A stretch of DNA of 64,000 bases from Candidatus Alkanophaga liquidiphilum (GCA_029259535.1 JAPHEF010000004.1:5408-69407); one strand, 5' to 3'. Shown: positions 38,940 through 47,107, numbered from the stretch's first letter. Notes: a model not told the origin generated them from the letters alone. Made by a program: numbers and translations.

Positions 38940-39593
38940 ATGAGGAAAAAGGAGCTTGAAATAATTTTAGAGGGGGTTGAGGACCTAAGCGAGGCGGACG
39001 TGCGTAGCGAGCAGTATATGACGCCTGCAGTGGTGGCGGCGGAGCTCCTACACTTCGCATTCATGCGTGGCGAGCTAAGCGGCGTTGTTTACGATCTCGG
39101 CTGCGGTACCGGCATCCTTGCCATCGGCGCAAAGTTGCTTGGCGCAAAGAAAGTCGTCGGCGTGGACAAAGATGCCCGCTGCATCGAGGTTGCGAGGAAA
39201 AACGCAAAGAAGCTTGGCGTCTCCGTCGAATTTCTGTGTTGCGACGTTCGAGACGTGCGAGCGATGGCAGCGGACGTCGTTGTGATGAACCCTCCTTTTG
39301 GCGCCCAGCGCAGCAACAGGCGGGCGGACCGCATCTTCCTCAAAAAAGCGCTTGAAATTGCACCCATCGTCTATACCATACATAACGCAGGCTCCGAACC
39401 TTTCATCAGAAAGTTTATCTCGCCCCACGTCATAACGCACAAGATAAACGCCAAATTCCCGCTAAAACGCAGGTTCCATTTCCACAAGAAGGACGTGAAG
39501 GTCATAGAGGTGGAAATTTACAGGCTGGAAGGACGAAAAGAGCGTGAAAAAGAGCTGCGACAAGGCTTTATATCAAGAAAACTTTCTAATTAA
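38940..39593 (+). CDS. METTL5-like (COG2263) methyltransferase
   Basis: EQYMTP, VYDLGCGTGILAIGA (motif I) and MNPPFG (NPPF motif IV). Confidence 0.7.
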   Translation: MRKKELEIILEGVEDLSEADVRSEQYMTPAVVAAELLHFAFMRGELSGVVYDLGCGTGILAIGAKLLGAKKVVGVDKDARCIEVARKNAKKLGVSVEFLCCDVRDVRAMAADVVVMNPPFGAQRSNRRADRIFLKKALEIAPIVYTIHNAGSEPFIRKFISPHVITHKINAKFPLKRRFHFHKKDVKVIEVEIYRLEGRKEREKELRQGFISRKLSN

Positions 39594-41038
39594 TGATGGA
39601 AAAAAGAATGCCCCCTGAGCTTGTAGAGGCATTATCTTCGGACAGGGGCTTCTCATTACTGATAAAGGGGGCGCCGGGCACCGGGAAGACGATGCTCGCC
39701 CTTGAGATACTCAAGGAGTTTGGCGATTCTAATGGCGTTTATCTTTCGACAAGGGTGTCGCCCTCGTCGCTCTACGAGCAGTTCCCGTGGCTCGAAGACA
39801 GCATCCCCCCGCTCAACATTATAGACGCGACGAAGCTTTACGTCTCGGCGGATGCGCCGTTCGGCATACAATCCTTTCCCGAGGTCCTGTATTCGAGGCT
39901 TGGCAAAATAAAGAGACCGGCGACCATCGTGATAGACAGCTGGGACGCCGTGATAGCGCAAGTTGAGGATGAGAAGAGGGTTGTTGCGCTCGAAGGGGCA
40001 ATTGCCGAGCTCGTGCGGCAAGCCCGAATAAACCTCGTGCTCGTCTCCGAAAATATGAGCGTAGGCACTCTTGATTACATGGTTGATGGCATAGTCGTAA
40101 TGCGGAGTTTTGACATGGATTACAGGATGATACGGGAGCTGGAGATAAAGAAGCTGCGGGGCATCAGGATTCTGCGACACAAGTATCCGTTCACGCTGCA
40201 CGGCGGCAGGTTCCGAAGTTTCCCCGAATTCCGCTTCTACAAGGTCAAAAACCCAAGAACCAAGGTGCTTTCTAACACCGAGGGCTACGTCTCAACAGGT
40301 ATAAAAGAATTCGACGAGCTGCTTGGCGGCGGCTACAGACGAGGAGGCTTCATCGTCTTTGACGTGGGTAGCGACATTTCTGCATGGGGCGGCTTGACGA
40401 TATTCGGTTTTTCGATCGTGAACGCCGTCAAAAATAAGAATTACGTCGTCTGTCTACCGTTCTCGGGTAGGGGCGAACGCTACGTGCGCTCGCACATCAT
40501 GTCGTTCGTCGGCGAGGATGCATACAACAGATACGTGACCGTTTTCGAGATATGCGAGCTGGAAAAGACCGAGAGCGGGGACGAGGTGCTGTGCGAAGAG
40601 GTAAAGAAAGAGGTAGAGCTGGGCGTAAGAGGTGGAAACGTCATCCCCTTGATGGGAGAGTCCATAGAGGACGACCTTTCGATGGTTCGTAAATATATCG
40701 GTGGGCTCGACCCGCCCGTGCTCACGATAATAGGGACGGACGTCATAGAGCACCTCTACAGGCTTGAGGAACGGGGGAAGCTAAGCGATGCGATTAAAGA
40801 GCTGACGGCATATGCCTTGCAGACAAGGGCGAGAGGCGACGTCACGCTCGTCCGCATCACGCCCGAGCTCAAGATGGCGCCGCAAATCATGGAGATGGCG
40901 AGCGCCTGCTTCAGGATAACCACGATCGACCGCACGGTAGTCCTCTACGGTATCCGCCCCGAGACCGGGCATTACTGCCTGAGCACTGAACTTGTTGAAG
41001 AGGACTGCATAATGCCAAAGCTTACTCCTTATGCCTGA
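39593..41038 (+). CDS. KaiC/GvpD-like RecA-superfamily ATPase with two domains (second lacks a P-loop)
   Basis: Walker A is LLIKGAPGTGKTMLALE and Walker B-like is TIVIDSWD. A second RecA-like half begins STGIKEFDELLGGGYRRGGFIVFDVGSD. The ATG overlaps the TAA of the methyltransferase (TAATGATG). Confidence 0.7.
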   Translation: MMEKRMPPELVEALSSDRGFSLLIKGAPGTGKTMLALEILKEFGDSNGVYLSTRVSPSSLYEQFPWLEDSIPPLNIIDATKLYVSADAPFGIQSFPEVLYSRLGKIKRPATIVIDSWDAVIAQVEDEKRVVALEGAIAELVRQARINLVLVSENMSVGTLDYMVDGIVVMRSFDMDYRMIRELEIKKLRGIRILRHKYPFTLHGGRFRSFPEFRFYKVKNPRTKVLSNTEGYVSTGIKEFDELLGGGYRRGGFIVFDVGSDISAWGGLTIFGFSIVNAVKNKNYVVCLPFSGRGERYVRSHIMSFVGEDAYNRYVTVFEICELEKTESGDEVLCEEVKKEVELGVRGGNVIPLMGESIEDDLSMVRKYIGGLDPPVLTIIGTDVIEHLYRLEERGKLSDAIKELTAYALQTRARGDVTLVRITPELKMAPQIMEMASACFRITTIDRTVVLYGIRPETGHYCLSTELVEEDCIMPKLTPYA

Positions 41039-41055
41039 GCGATGGTGAAGAAGCG

Positions 41056-41259
41056 ATGAGCGATGATGACGAGCAGAGGCGGCTTGGGATGGAGATTGAC
41101 GTGCAGCCGATGGTCGGTGGAAACATAATAATCACGTTCGGGCGTGTGGACGTTGAGCTGACGAAGGAGCAGGCGGAACACTTAAAAGTACTTCTTATAG
41201 ATGCCCTTGAGCGGTGTGAGCGTGACCCGTTCCTCAGAAGGGTCCACGAACGCCAGTAA
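41056..41259 (+). CDS. small hypothetical protein P1
   Basis: 67-aa ORF beginning 18 nt after the KaiC-like stop. Weak resemblance to domain X (IDVQPMVGGNIIITFGRVDVELTKEQ). Its 3' end overlaps P2 by 78 nt. Confidence 0.4.
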   Translation: MSDDDEQRRLGMEIDVQPMVGGNIIITFGRVDVELTKEQAEHLKVLLIDALERCERDPFLRRVHERQ

Positions 41260-41430
41260 CGTGCGCTCCGTCAGTAGGAAAAAATCGTCGCCACACCTCT
41301 CTTTTATCTCTTCTATGCTCTTGCTGTCGAAATAGATGCGCTTGCCCCGCTCGTTGCCCGCCCGCTGCACCGAGACCACAAGCTCCAAGACCTCCTTCTC
41401 AGCAGCCTTCGTTTCCTTCTTCTCAGTCAT
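41182..41430 (-). CDS. small hypothetical protein P2 (domain X)
   Basis: 82 aa, beginning 9 nt downstream of the AAA+ gene on the same strand. ELVVSVQRAGNERGKRIYFDSKSIEEIKE is paralogous to the P3 N-terminus. Confidence 0.5.
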   Translation of the reverse strand: MTEKKETKAAEKEVLELVVSVQRAGNERGKRIYFDSKSIEEIKERCGDDFFLLTERTLLAFVDPSEERVTLTPLKGIYKKYF

Positions 41431-41438
41431 GCCTACCC

Positions 41439-42320
41439 CTACGCATACCCAAATACCTTCTCCTCGCTCGCTCCCAGCTCCTTAAAATATTCAAAAAGCT
41501 CAGGAAAAAACTCCTCCATCTTCCTTTCCACAATCTTCAGCTTCGCCACCCGCAGCCAGTATAAGAGCGATGAGCGGCGGCTTTTTATCGCTTTAAGGAA
41601 ATCTTCCATGCAAATCTCCCGTGGCGGCTTGCCCTGTAACGCCTCCTCCAGCGGGAAGGTCGCCGCATCGTTGCAAATTTCACGAATATCCGCCCCGGAG
41701 TGGCCGTCGGTGAGCCTTGCCAGCTCCCGCAAGTCCACATCCTCAGCCACGGGTCTACCTTGGAGATGAATCTTAAAAATTTCAACCCGTGCCTTGAATC
41801 CTGGCGGCGGCACGAACAACAGCTTGTCGAAACGCCCCGGACGCATGAGCGCCGGGTCTATGCTCCACGGGGAGTTCGTAGCCGCGAGAATCATCACGTC
41901 CCCCCGGTCCTCAAAACCGTCAAGCTCCGTCAAAAACGCATTCAAGACCCGCCGCTCGTGGTGTTCGGCGTCCTGATGCGAGCCAATACTATCGATTTCG
42001 TCGAAAAATAGGATTGCCGGGGAGTTTTTCCGTGCTTCCTCGAAGACGAACTGGATGTTCTTGTCAGTCTCGCCATACCACTTGCTCAGCAAGTCTGCGG
42101 TCTTAATGTTGTAGAACTTCGCCTGCACCTCGCCGGCGGTCGCCCGTGCGAGTAGGGTCTTGCCGCAGCCCGGCGGACCGTAGAGCAGGATGCTGCTTTT
42201 CAGCCCCCTTTTGTAAAGCTCGTATAAATCGGGGCGTTTTAACGGATAAATGATAGAGAGCATGATTTCCCGCTTTATCCGCTCGAGGTCGCCGACGTCG
42301 GCGAAGGTGACCCTTTTCAT
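41439..42320 (-). CDS. single-domain AAA+ ATPase (classical Cdc48/FtsH-type AAA clade)
   Basis: VTFADVGDLE, Walker A LLYGPPGCGKTLLA, Walker B ILFFDEIDS, SRH ATNSPWSIDPALMRPGRFD. The track start 42386 would place a TATA box inside the codons (ATGGCATATAAAAC), so Met 42320 (MKRVTFADVGD) is preferred. Confidence 0.85.
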   Translation of the reverse strand: MKRVTFADVGDLERIKREIMLSIIYPLKRPDLYELYKRGLKSSILLYGPPGCGKTLLARATAGEVQAKFYNIKTADLLSKWYGETDKNIQFVFEEARKNSPAILFFDEIDSIGSHQDAEHHERRVLNAFLTELDGFEDRGDVMILAATNSPWSIDPALMRPGRFDKLLFVPPPGFKARVEIFKIHLQGRPVAEDVDLRELARLTDGHSGADIREICNDAATFPLEEALQGKPPREICMEDFLKAIKSRRSSLLYWLRVAKLKIVERKMEEFFPELFEYFKELGASEEKVFGYA

Positions 42321-42373
42321 CAGATATACTGGGCGGCACCACAATAAATGCTTTTCCACATGTTCACCGAAAG

Positions 42374-42383
42374 TTTTATATGC
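42374..42383. promoter_or_regulatory. candidate shared bidirectional TATA box
   Basis: TTTTATATGC reads as a TATA box on both strands (GCATATAAAA). It lies about 35-40 nt from the P3 ATG (42416) and about 55 nt from the AAA+ ATG (42320). Confidence 0.45.
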
Positions 42384-42415
42384 CACTGGTTACATATGTT
42401 ACACTGGGGACACCG

Positions 42416-42922
42416 ATGGAGCGGGATGAGCCTCTCGTCGTGAGCGTGCATGAAAAGGGCGAAAAGCGGGGCCTATCTTTATATTTCGGCAGTAAAGAGC
42501 TTAAGCAGCTCGAAAAGATGGGAATACGCCTCAAGGACGTGAGAAAGTTTGTAGTATTCGTCCGGAACAACAAGATGTGCTTGATACCCCTCTCCGACGT
42601 TGCGAGGCGTGAGCACGAGGACATCGGTGTCCTCTTCGAGATAACAAGCCGCTTGGACGACGTGATGGCGCTAGGCGACGGCGAGCTTGAGGAGCTGAGC
42701 GAGGAGTTGCTCTCGATAATTGTGGAGAGCGGCGTGAGGCTGGCGGCGTCCGAGAAGACTGCGATAATGCGGATGATGAAGGGCGTGCGCACGAGGGACG
42801 TGATGAAAAGCGTGCTCAGCATTTGTGCACGAGCGAACTCTAAGGAAACTCTCGCCGTCATAAATCGGCTTGTTATCTCGAGGTCTAAAGAAAAAGGAGG
42901 TGATGAGGAAGATGGAATCTGA
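42416..42922 (+). CDS. hypothetical protein P3 (domain X + domain Y)
   Basis: The N-terminus PLVVSVHEKGEKRGLSLYFGSKELKQLEK is paralogous to P2. The C-terminus GELEELSEELLSII...AIMRMMKGVRTRDVMKSVL is paralogous to P4 and to the Mer N-extension. Confidence 0.55.
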   Translation: MERDEPLVVSVHEKGEKRGLSLYFGSKELKQLEKMGIRLKDVRKFVVFVRNNKMCLIPLSDVARREHEDIGVLFEITSRLDDVMALGDGELEELSEELLSIIVESGVRLAASEKTAIMRMMKGVRTRDVMKSVLSICARANSKETLAVINRLVISRSKEKGGDEEDGI

Positions 42923-43238
42923 AAAGGAAAGAGAGGTAGAAAGAGGCGAGCTGGAGTTCGAGCTGAAGCCCGTAGAGTTCGAGGACGAGGCGGAGCGGCT
43001 GATGGAGGCGGTGCTTGAGCGGGTTGCCGAGATGAGTGATGCCGAACTTCGAGATTTGAGCGACGAGCTTGTAGAGCTTGCCGCTGAGATTGATACGGAA
43101 CTTGACCGCAGGGCTGCGAACACGCTCATGGCGCTTATAAAGGGGCATTACACCGCTTACGCCTTCCGAAATGCCATTGGGACATGCCTAAAGGTAGCCC
43201 CTGATAAGACGCAAGAGGTATTGAGAAGACATACGTGA
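42912..43238 (+). CDS. hypothetical protein P4 (domain Y)
   Basis: SD GGAGGTGA lies 9 nt before the ATG at 42912, and the gene overlaps the P3 stop by 11 nt. AELRDLSDELVELAAE...LMALIKGHYTAYAFRNAI. Confidence 0.5.
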   Translation: MESEKEREVERGELEFELKPVEFEDEAERLMEAVLERVAEMSDAELRDLSDELVELAAEIDTELDRRAANTLMALIKGHYTAYAFRNAIGTCLKVAPDKTQEVLRRHT

Positions 43239-43241
43239 GGG

Positions 43242-44528
43242 ATGGAAATGGCTGAAATCACGAGGAATGGCGTGGAAAGGATGTTAAAGCGGCTGGAGAG
43301 GTTCGGGAAAGAGGCGATGGACGAGCTGCTCGACGATATCCTCGCAATTCTGACGAGCGAAGACGTCGAGCGTGCGGCGCTGACGCCGAGAGAGCGAGCG
43401 GACATAATAGCGCTGATAAAGGGGAGATACACGCCGCAGGCGTTCTTCAACGCATTGCAGGTGGCGGCACGCATCTTAGAAGACCAGCGGAAGGCACTTC
43501 CCGCGCGGGAGGTCCTGAAGCCTGTTGAGCGGCGGGTGCAGTTCGGCGTGGAGCTCGTGCCTTCGATGTCGCTGGACAAGGTTGTGGAGTATGCGAGGCG
43601 GTTCGAACTCGGCGGCGCCGACTTCGTCTGGATTACCGACCACTACACGAACAGAGACCCATACGTGACACTCTCCTTGATTGCGAGGGCGACTGACGTC
43701 ATGAACCTCGGCGTCGGCGTCACGAACCCTTACACGCGCCACATCGCTTCGACGGCGTCGGCGGTCGCCTCTCTAGACGAGCTTTCAGAGGGGCGAGCGG
43801 CTCTCGGCTTAGGTCCCGGTGACCGCTCCACACTCGCAGCTCTGAACATCGAGCTGGAGAAGCCGCTGACGCGGGTGAAGGAAACGGTTCTGGCGTTGAG
43901 GGCGTTGTGGAGTGGAGAGCCCGTGAGGTTCGACGGGAAGACAGTGCGGCTCGAGGGGGCAAGGATGAGCTTCAGACCGCCTAACGAAATACCCATCTAC
44001 ATCGGGGCGCAAGGCCCGAAGATGCTCAGGCTCGCAGGGGAGATTGGCGATGGCGTCCTGATAAACGCCTCCAACGAAAAAGATTTCGAACTGGCGTCAA
44101 AGAACATAAAAAGCGGCGTGGAGGCGGCGAACCGCAAGCTCAAAGACGTAGACGTCGTCGCTTACACATGCTTCTCCGTCGCAGAGAGCGAGGCGGACGC
44201 AAAGAAGGCGGCAACGCCAGTTGTAGCCTTCATCGCCGCAGGTTCGCCAGAAAACGTCCTCGAAAGGCACGGGCTCGACGTCGAAAAGGCTAACAAGATG
44301 AAAGAGCTCATCTCGAAGGGTAAAATACCCGACGCCTTCGCCCTCGTGGACGACGACTTCATAGAGGCGTTCTCGGTCAGCGGAACGCCAGAACAGTGCA
44401 TAAACAAGATTGAGACCCTACTCAAAGCTGGCGTCACGCAGTTCGTCTTCGGCTCGCCCCTAGGCAAGAAGAAAAAAGATGCCCTACAATTGATTACTGA
44501 GAAGGTGATGCCTGCGTTCACCGCTTAA
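43242..44528 (+). CDS. mer: 5,10-methylenetetrahydromethanopterin reductase (F420-dependent) with a 98-codon in-frame N-terminal extension (domain Y)
   Basis: From codon 99 (GTG 43536) the sequence VQFGVELVP...WITDHYTNRDPYVTL...VTNPYTRH...GLGPGD...IYIGAQGPKMLRLAGEIGDGVLINAS...AFIAAGSP...GVTQFVFGSP is collinear with Mer. The upstream 98 codons read ...MDELLDDILAIL...IIALIKGRYTPQAFFNAL. Confidence 0.85.
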   Translation: MEMAEITRNGVERMLKRLERFGKEAMDELLDDILAILTSEDVERAALTPRERADIIALIKGRYTPQAFFNALQVAARILEDQRKALPAREVLKPVERRVQFGVELVPSMSLDKVVEYARRFELGGADFVWITDHYTNRDPYVTLSLIARATDVMNLGVGVTNPYTRHIASTASAVASLDELSEGRAALGLGPGDRSTLAALNIELEKPLTRVKETVLALRALWSGEPVRFDGKTVRLEGARMSFRPPNEIPIYIGAQGPKMLRLAGEIGDGVLINASNEKDFELASKNIKSGVEAANRKLKDVDVVAYTCFSVAESEADAKKAATPVVAFIAAGSPENVLERHGLDVEKANKMKELISKGKIPDAFALVDDDFIEAFSVSGTPEQCINKIETLLKAGVTQFVFGSPLGKKKKDALQLITEKVMPAFTA

Positions 44529-44876
44529 TTTTTCCTATTTTTCGGTTTTAACTTCTAAATTTTTAGGATGATTATATTTGCCCTCTATGAATATGTGACG
44601 AAGCTGCGGGTATATCCTGCGGTCAGGGGCAGCGTGCCCAGCCCGACGGGGGCGGTTCGTTCTGAACCACACCCCCCAACCTCATGCATCCGGTGGATGC
44701 CCCTTACTTCAGTGCGGGAAGGAGGTCACGTATATCCCAAATGTATCTATTCTTAAGCAATTTTTTCATCATAGCCTTGTCCAGCCACTTCTCTTTATGG
44801 TTGGCTAAAGACGCGGGAGTTAGCAGCGACACATTCTTAAAGATGAAACCAAAAGTTAAGGAGGCGGTAGGTCGAG

Positions 44877-46526
44877 ATGCCGGTAGTGAAACTGTATTAT
44901 GACGACTTGGAGCGGCTGACAGGCGTGAGCAAAGACGTGATTTTAGAGCGTCTGCCTATGCTCGGCGCCGACATCGAGCGTATCGAGGAGGATCATGTTG
45001 CGGTGGAGTTCTTCCCGAACCGTCCGGACCTTTTTAGCGTGGAGGGCGTCGCCCGTGCGATGCGGGGCTTCCTCGAGCTTGAGGCGGGGCTTCCGAGGTT
45101 TGAGGTCAAGCAGTCCGACATTAAAATGCTCGTGGATGCTTCGGTAAAGGGCGTGCGTCCTCATGTTGTTTGTGCGCTTGTCCGCAACTTAAAATTAGAT
45201 TCGAGGGCGATAGAGTCGCTAATGCAGCTCCAAGAGCACTTGCACTGGGGCTTGGGGCGGAATCGTGCCAAGGTTTCTGTCGGCGTGCATGATTTCTCGA
45301 GAGTAAAGCCACCGTTTCACTACTTGGCGGCGTCGCCAGATTTTAAGTTCGTGCCGCTGGACTTCAACGAAGAGATGAGCATGCAGGAAATTCTGGAGCG
45401 ACACCCGAAAGGTATAGCGTTTAGCTTCATCCTCGAAGGCTTCGACCGCTACCCGCTGATTCAGGACAATGAGGGCAATGTGCTCTCTTTTCCGCCGATA
45501 ATCAACGCTGAGCTAACAAGAGTTACAGAGGAGACGAGAGACATTTTCATAGAGGTGACGGGCACCGAAGAGGCGGGAATTTCGCTTGCGCTGAACATAA
45601 TCGTGTGTGCGTTGGCGGAGCGTGGCGGCGAGATTCACAGCGTCGCAGTTCACGATTCGACAACGAAAATCACGCCGAACCTCGAAGCAAGGAAAATGCG
45701 GGTGAGCGTCAGCGCCGCTACAAGGCTTATTGGCGTTCGGCTGACTGCGGAGACTGCGAGGGAGTGCTGCGAGCGCTTGCGGCTCGGCGCTGAGATTTTG
45801 GGCGACGATGAGCTTGAGGTCAGCATTCCTGCATACAGGACGGACATCATGCACTCTTGGGATATTATTGAGGACATAGCCATCGGCTACGGCTACGAGA
45901 ACATCGGCGGCGAGCTTCCAAGCACGGTGACGGTCGGCGAGATTCATCCGACGGAGGAGTGGAAGGCGCTCGCCCGGGATGTCATGACCGGCTTGGGGTA
46001 TTTAGAGGTGATGACATTCACGCTGGCGAGCGAGGAGAGGCAGTTTTTGAGGATGCGGCGTCCGCAGCCACCGTCGTTGCTCAAAGTTGCGTCGCCGATA
46101 ACTACCGAGCATACGATGTTGCGGGTTTCGCTGTTACCGAGCCTGCTCGAAGTGCTTTCATTGAACAGGCATTACGAGCTACCGCAACGCATTTTTGAAG
46201 TCGGAGCCGTTTTCCCGCCGCCGTCGCTGCAGGAGCGTCAGAGTCTTGCGGCGGTCTCGATGCACGTAGACGCCGACTTTGCCGAGGTTAGGGCGGTGGT
46301 GGACGCCGTGCTCGAGGAGCTTCTGGCGGCGCCGGCATCTGTAAAGTTTGTGCCTTCCGACGATAGCGCGTTCTTAGAAGGGCGCAGAGGTGATATAATA
46401 ATAGGTGGCGTGAATGTCGGCGTCTTCGGTGAGCTCCATCCTGAAATATTAGAGAATTTCGAGCTTGTCCACCCGGTCGTCGGCTTCGAACTCGACCTTG
46501 ATGCAATTTTCGGAGATGGGCGGTAA
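44877..46526 (+). CDS. pheT: phenylalanyl-tRNA synthetase beta subunit (archaeal)
   Basis: Start MPVVKLYYDDLERL. B3/4 and B5 domain pattern, with FPNRPDLFSVEGVARA motif; 549 aa. Confidence 0.9.
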   Translation: MPVVKLYYDDLERLTGVSKDVILERLPMLGADIERIEEDHVAVEFFPNRPDLFSVEGVARAMRGFLELEAGLPRFEVKQSDIKMLVDASVKGVRPHVVCALVRNLKLDSRAIESLMQLQEHLHWGLGRNRAKVSVGVHDFSRVKPPFHYLAASPDFKFVPLDFNEEMSMQEILERHPKGIAFSFILEGFDRYPLIQDNEGNVLSFPPIINAELTRVTEETRDIFIEVTGTEEAGISLALNIIVCALAERGGEIHSVAVHDSTTKITPNLEARKMRVSVSAATRLIGVRLTAETARECCERLRLGAEILGDDELEVSIPAYRTDIMHSWDIIEDIAIGYGYENIGGELPSTVTVGEIHPTEEWKALARDVMTGLGYLEVMTFTLASEERQFLRMRRPQPPSLLKVASPITTEHTMLRVSLLPSLLEVLSLNRHYELPQRIFEVGAVFPPPSLQERQSLAAVSMHVDADFAEVRAVVDAVLEELLAAPASVKFVPSDDSAFLEGRRGDIIIGGVNVGVFGELHPEILENFELVHPVVGFELDLDAIFGDGR

Positions 46527-46938
46527 AGAGGTCATAATAGATACGAATGCTCTTTTCATACCTGCGCAGTTCCACGTTGACATTTTCAGCGAGCTCGAGC
46601 GGCTCGGCTACACGAGGGCGCTGGTGCCGAAAGAAGTGATGTGCGAGCTTGAGCGTGTGCGGAAGAAGCTTAAAGGTCGCCATAAGATCGCGGCGGAGTT
46701 AGCATTGGAGCTATTGCGGAAATATCGTGCTGAGGGGCGTTTGCTGAGCGTTAAAGTGGAGGAGTGCAACGCTGCCGATGTTAGTGCGGTGAGCGTCGAC
46801 GAAGCGCTAATACGGCTCGCAAAGCAGCGGGGGGCGGCGGTGTTCACTAATGATTCCAATCTGAAACGAAGATTGTTGAGAGAAAGTGTCACCGTCGTCT
46901 ATTTAAGGGGGAAAAATAGGCTTGAGGAAAGGAGTTGA
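46516..46938 (+). CDS. PIN-domain protein (Fcf1/Utp24-like)
   Basis: MGGKEVIIDTNALFIP...TNDSNLKRRL. The start overlaps the end of pheT. Confidence 0.7.
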   Translation: MGGKEVIIDTNALFIPAQFHVDIFSELERLGYTRALVPKEVMCELERVRKKLKGRHKIAAELALELLRKYRAEGRLLSVKVEECNAADVSAVSVDEALIRLAKQRGAAVFTNDSNLKRRLLRESVTVVYLRGKNRLEERS

Positions 46939-47107
46939 GTTACTCCTTCTTCGCAGCTATACCGAGGACCCCCCATCAGGACTAAGATTCCACCGGCAAG
47001 ACTAAGAGCAAAAGCCGCCATATTTCCCCCTTCCTCGTTTACCATTTTTATCAATTATTTAGCCGTTACAATCTTAGTTAAGGTATCCCTACGTAAATCT
47101 GAGGGGG

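Noticed and set aside
39593-42386. KaiC/GvpD-like ATPase plus AAA+ ATPase considered as a gas-vesicle (gvp) cluster.
   Set aside because: No GvpA/J/M, GvpF/L, GvpN (MoxR-type) or other structural gvp genes are present. The AAA+ protein is of the classical Cdc48/FtsH-like type, not GvpN.
44618-44729. Possible 5S rRNA, because the segment starts UGCGGUCA and is about 112 nt long.
   Set aside because: The rest lacks the conserved 5S loop sequences (for example the CCGAAC-type loop C context). The helices do not fit a 5S three-way junction.
46940-47021. Small minus-strand ORF with an SD-like GGGGGA (MAAFALSLAGGILVLMGG...) in the PIN-tatD spacer.
   Set aside because: The frame runs on into the PIN gene 3' end and there is no conservation evidence. 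This is too speculative.
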